64,000 nucleotides of DNA, taken from the NCBI GenBank assembly GCA_964442785.1, contig CAYTZW010000002.1:2457-66456 (forward strand), in the 5' to 3' direction. Below, one piece after another: positions 62,116 through 64,000 of the stretch (position 1 is its first letter; each line of letters opens with the position of its first letter). Origin of the DNA: an uncultured Erysipelotrichaceae bacterium. Lineage in GTDB: Bacteria > Bacillota_I > Bacilli_A > RFN20 > DUOF01. The notes under the pieces were generated by a model. That model was not told where the DNA came from, made no database searches, and saw nothing but the letters and a program-made list of their open reading frames with translations. Both the position numbers and the translations under genes were made by a program.

Positions 62116-63063
62116 CTATCTATGATTTTTAGGGTCAGTAGCATCTGCCAAATTAAGCCCTAGAGTAAAGAATGAAATTGTTAATGATACAACTACAAAG
62201 GCGGAGAAAATAATAACGTAAGGTTTTTCAATCCAAACACCACTACTGGCCGCATTATTCAAAACCCTTCCTATTGTTATTGCTTCATCACTCGCAAAAC
62301 TAAGTCCAAAGAAACTTAATCCAACCTCTGCAGAAATAGCTTCTGGAATTGCAGTAGAAATAACTGTAACAATAACTGAAACTAAATATGGTAATAAATT
62401 ATGTGTAATAACTTTTAAAGGTTTAGATCCTAAGGTATTTGATGCAATATTGTATTCTCTATTTTGAATAATAATAATCTGATTTCTAACAAAGTTTGCT
62501 AATCCCATCCACCCAAATAAAGTAAGAATGAAAACTAATGTCCAAAAAGATCTAGGCAAAACAAATAATAGCAACACGTACAATAACAATGATGGAATGT
62601 TATAGATAAAATTTCTAAGTTCAATCATAATTGGGTCTATTTTTTTAAAGAAGCCCCAAATTGAACCAATAATAATTCCTAAAACTGTATTTATCAAAGC
62701 TACTATTACAGCAAATGATAGTGAAGTTCTAGTACCTGTCCAAACCAAAGTCCACATATCTCTGCCCATACCATCTGTTCCAAACCAATGCTTTGAATTA
62801 GGACCCAAGTAAGCATTAGCTGAACTGGGACTGAAATTTAATACATCATATTTACTAAACATAGGCGCAAATACTGAAAATAGGACAATAATAAGAATAA
62901 TTGATAAGCTTATGATTGCACTTGGCTTTTTTATTACTGATTTAAAAACCGATTTCCAATATGAATATTTTTCAACAGAAATTTCTTCTATTTTACTATC
63001 TTCAAGTTCTACTCTTTTGAATAAATCTTCAACATTATGTTTGACAATAAACTCTTTTTTCAT
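62116..63063 (-). CDS. oppC: Oligopeptide ABC transporter permease OppC
   Basis: 315 aa, 6 TM, binding-protein-dependent permease fold. Confidence 0.75.
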   Translation of the reverse strand: MKKEFIVKHNVEDLFKRVELEDSKIEEISVEKYSYWKSVFKSVIKKPSAIISLSIILIIVLFSVFAPMFSKYDVLNFSPSSANAYLGPNSKHWFGTDGMGRDMWTLVWTGTRTSLSFAVIVALINTVLGIIIGSIWGFFKKIDPIMIELRNFIYNIPSLLLYVLLLFVLPRSFWTLVFILTLFGWMGLANFVRNQIIIIQNREYNIASNTLGSKPLKVITHNLLPYLVSVIVTVISTAIPEAISAEVGLSFFGLSFASDEAITIGRVLNNAASSGVWIEKPYVIIFSAFVVVSLTISFFTLGLNLADATDPKNHR

Positions 63064-63065
63064 AT

Positions 63066-64000
63066 TTATTCCTCCTCCGTTAATGAAACACGTGGATCAG
63101 CAAGTGCTGTTAGAATATCACCTATTAAATATGATACTGTAGAAATAAATGCATAAATGATAACTAATGCTAATACCACATTGTTATCTTGTTTTCCAAC
63201 TGCTTTAATAAGTGTTTGTCCTAATCCTGGAATAGAATAAAGATTTTCAATGAAATAAGATCCTGTTAATGCAAATAATATTGCAGATGGGAAAGTTCTT
63301 ACAAGTGGTACCACAGCATTTCTTAAAACGTGGACAAACATAATTCTATTATTTGATAATCCTTTTGCCTGTGCAAACTTAACATAATCAGAATTCATTT
63401 CATCTACCATATACCTTCTTACCCAAATAGCTATACCTGGAATGCCAGCTACTACAAGAGATATAATTGGTGCAATCCAAGTTTTCATATCATCCTTTCT
63501 AAATCCAATGCTCAACCCGAATTTTTGAAATAAAAATAGCAACAATAAAAAATATACTAAAGAAGGTATAGAATCAACTAATATTGTATATGCCTTTCCT
63601 AACTTATCAATTATCTTATCTTTTCTCATTGCCATTATAACTCCTAAAGGATAAGCAATAATCATCTCTATTACCACAGCAATTATTCCAATCAAGAATG
63701 AAACAGTAGCTTTTTCAAAAATAATATCCAAAACAGGAACATTAGTTTGTAAACTTAAAGAAACATCAAAGTATGTGTAGACAGTTTTATAAGATTGATA
63801 TGTTAATTCTCCTGTCATTGAATCAATATACAGACCTACACCTATTTTCTTCGGAATTGGTAGCAGTTTGTAATAATAATCGAATAATTGTTGAATTAAT
63901 CTTTTATCAAAACCCAAATTACTTCTAACTCTAGCAATGTAGGCTGCTTTACTTGATTCAGGTAGTTTATTAACTACATGAATATAGTATGTTTCTTCTG
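63066..64000 (-). CDS. oppB: Oligopeptide ABC transporter permease OppB. The N-terminus lies beyond the window edge.
   Basis: The permease core reads ...SFLIGIIAVVIEMIIAYPLGVIMAMRK...; the frame stays open to the window end. Confidence 0.7.
   Translation of the reverse strand, partial: EETYYIHVVNKLPESSKAAYIARVRSNLGFDKRLIQQLFDYYYKLLPIPKKIGVGLYIDSMTGELTYQSYKTVYTYFDVSLSLQTNVPVLDIIFEKATVSFLIGIIAVVIEMIIAYPLGVIMAMRKDKIIDKLGKAYTILVDSIPSLVYFLLLLFLFQKFGLSIGFRKDDMKTWIAPIISLVVAGIPGIAIWVRRYMVDEMNSDYVKFAQAKGLSNNRIMFVHVLRNAVVPLVRTFPSAILFALTGSYFIENLYSIPGLGQTLIKAVGKQDNNVVLALVIIYAFISTVSYLIGDILTALADPRVSLTEEE

Overview
AT-rich (roughly 28% GC) Firmicutes-type chromosomal segment read with the standard genetic code (many long ORFs, no UGA recoding). 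The left edge has the conserved rlmB-sigH-rpmG-secE-nusG block, and cotJB/cotJC plus a SleB/CwlJ-type cortex hydrolase point to an endospore former. Housekeeping and transport genes include trpS, rluD, cspA, a Ca2+ P-type ATPase, a heterodimeric ABC exporter, an ABC-F protein, psd/pssA and oppBCDF. The accessory centrepiece lies at about 31.7-39.2 kb. Two paralogous, C-terminally membrane-anchored surface proteins are built from HYR/DUF5011-like Ig-fold repeats. Their promoters are homologous and differ almost only in a (TA)n tract that forms the -35/-10 spacer: (TA)10 gives 17 nt, (TA)15 gives 27 nt. This looks like a slipped-strand phase-variation switch. The locus also holds a third paralog C-terminal remnant and a DUF1016 nuclease-family gene with a Trp-to-amber stop. 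Other genes broken exactly at homopolymer tracts are pssA (G8) and a lipoprotein/Flg_new/BspA-LRR gene (poly-A). Smaller items are a decayed dinD-like prophage-type gene, an unusual Opp ATPase architecture, and a giant acidic CvpA-domain repeat protein. I saw no rRNA, tRNA or CRISPR array.
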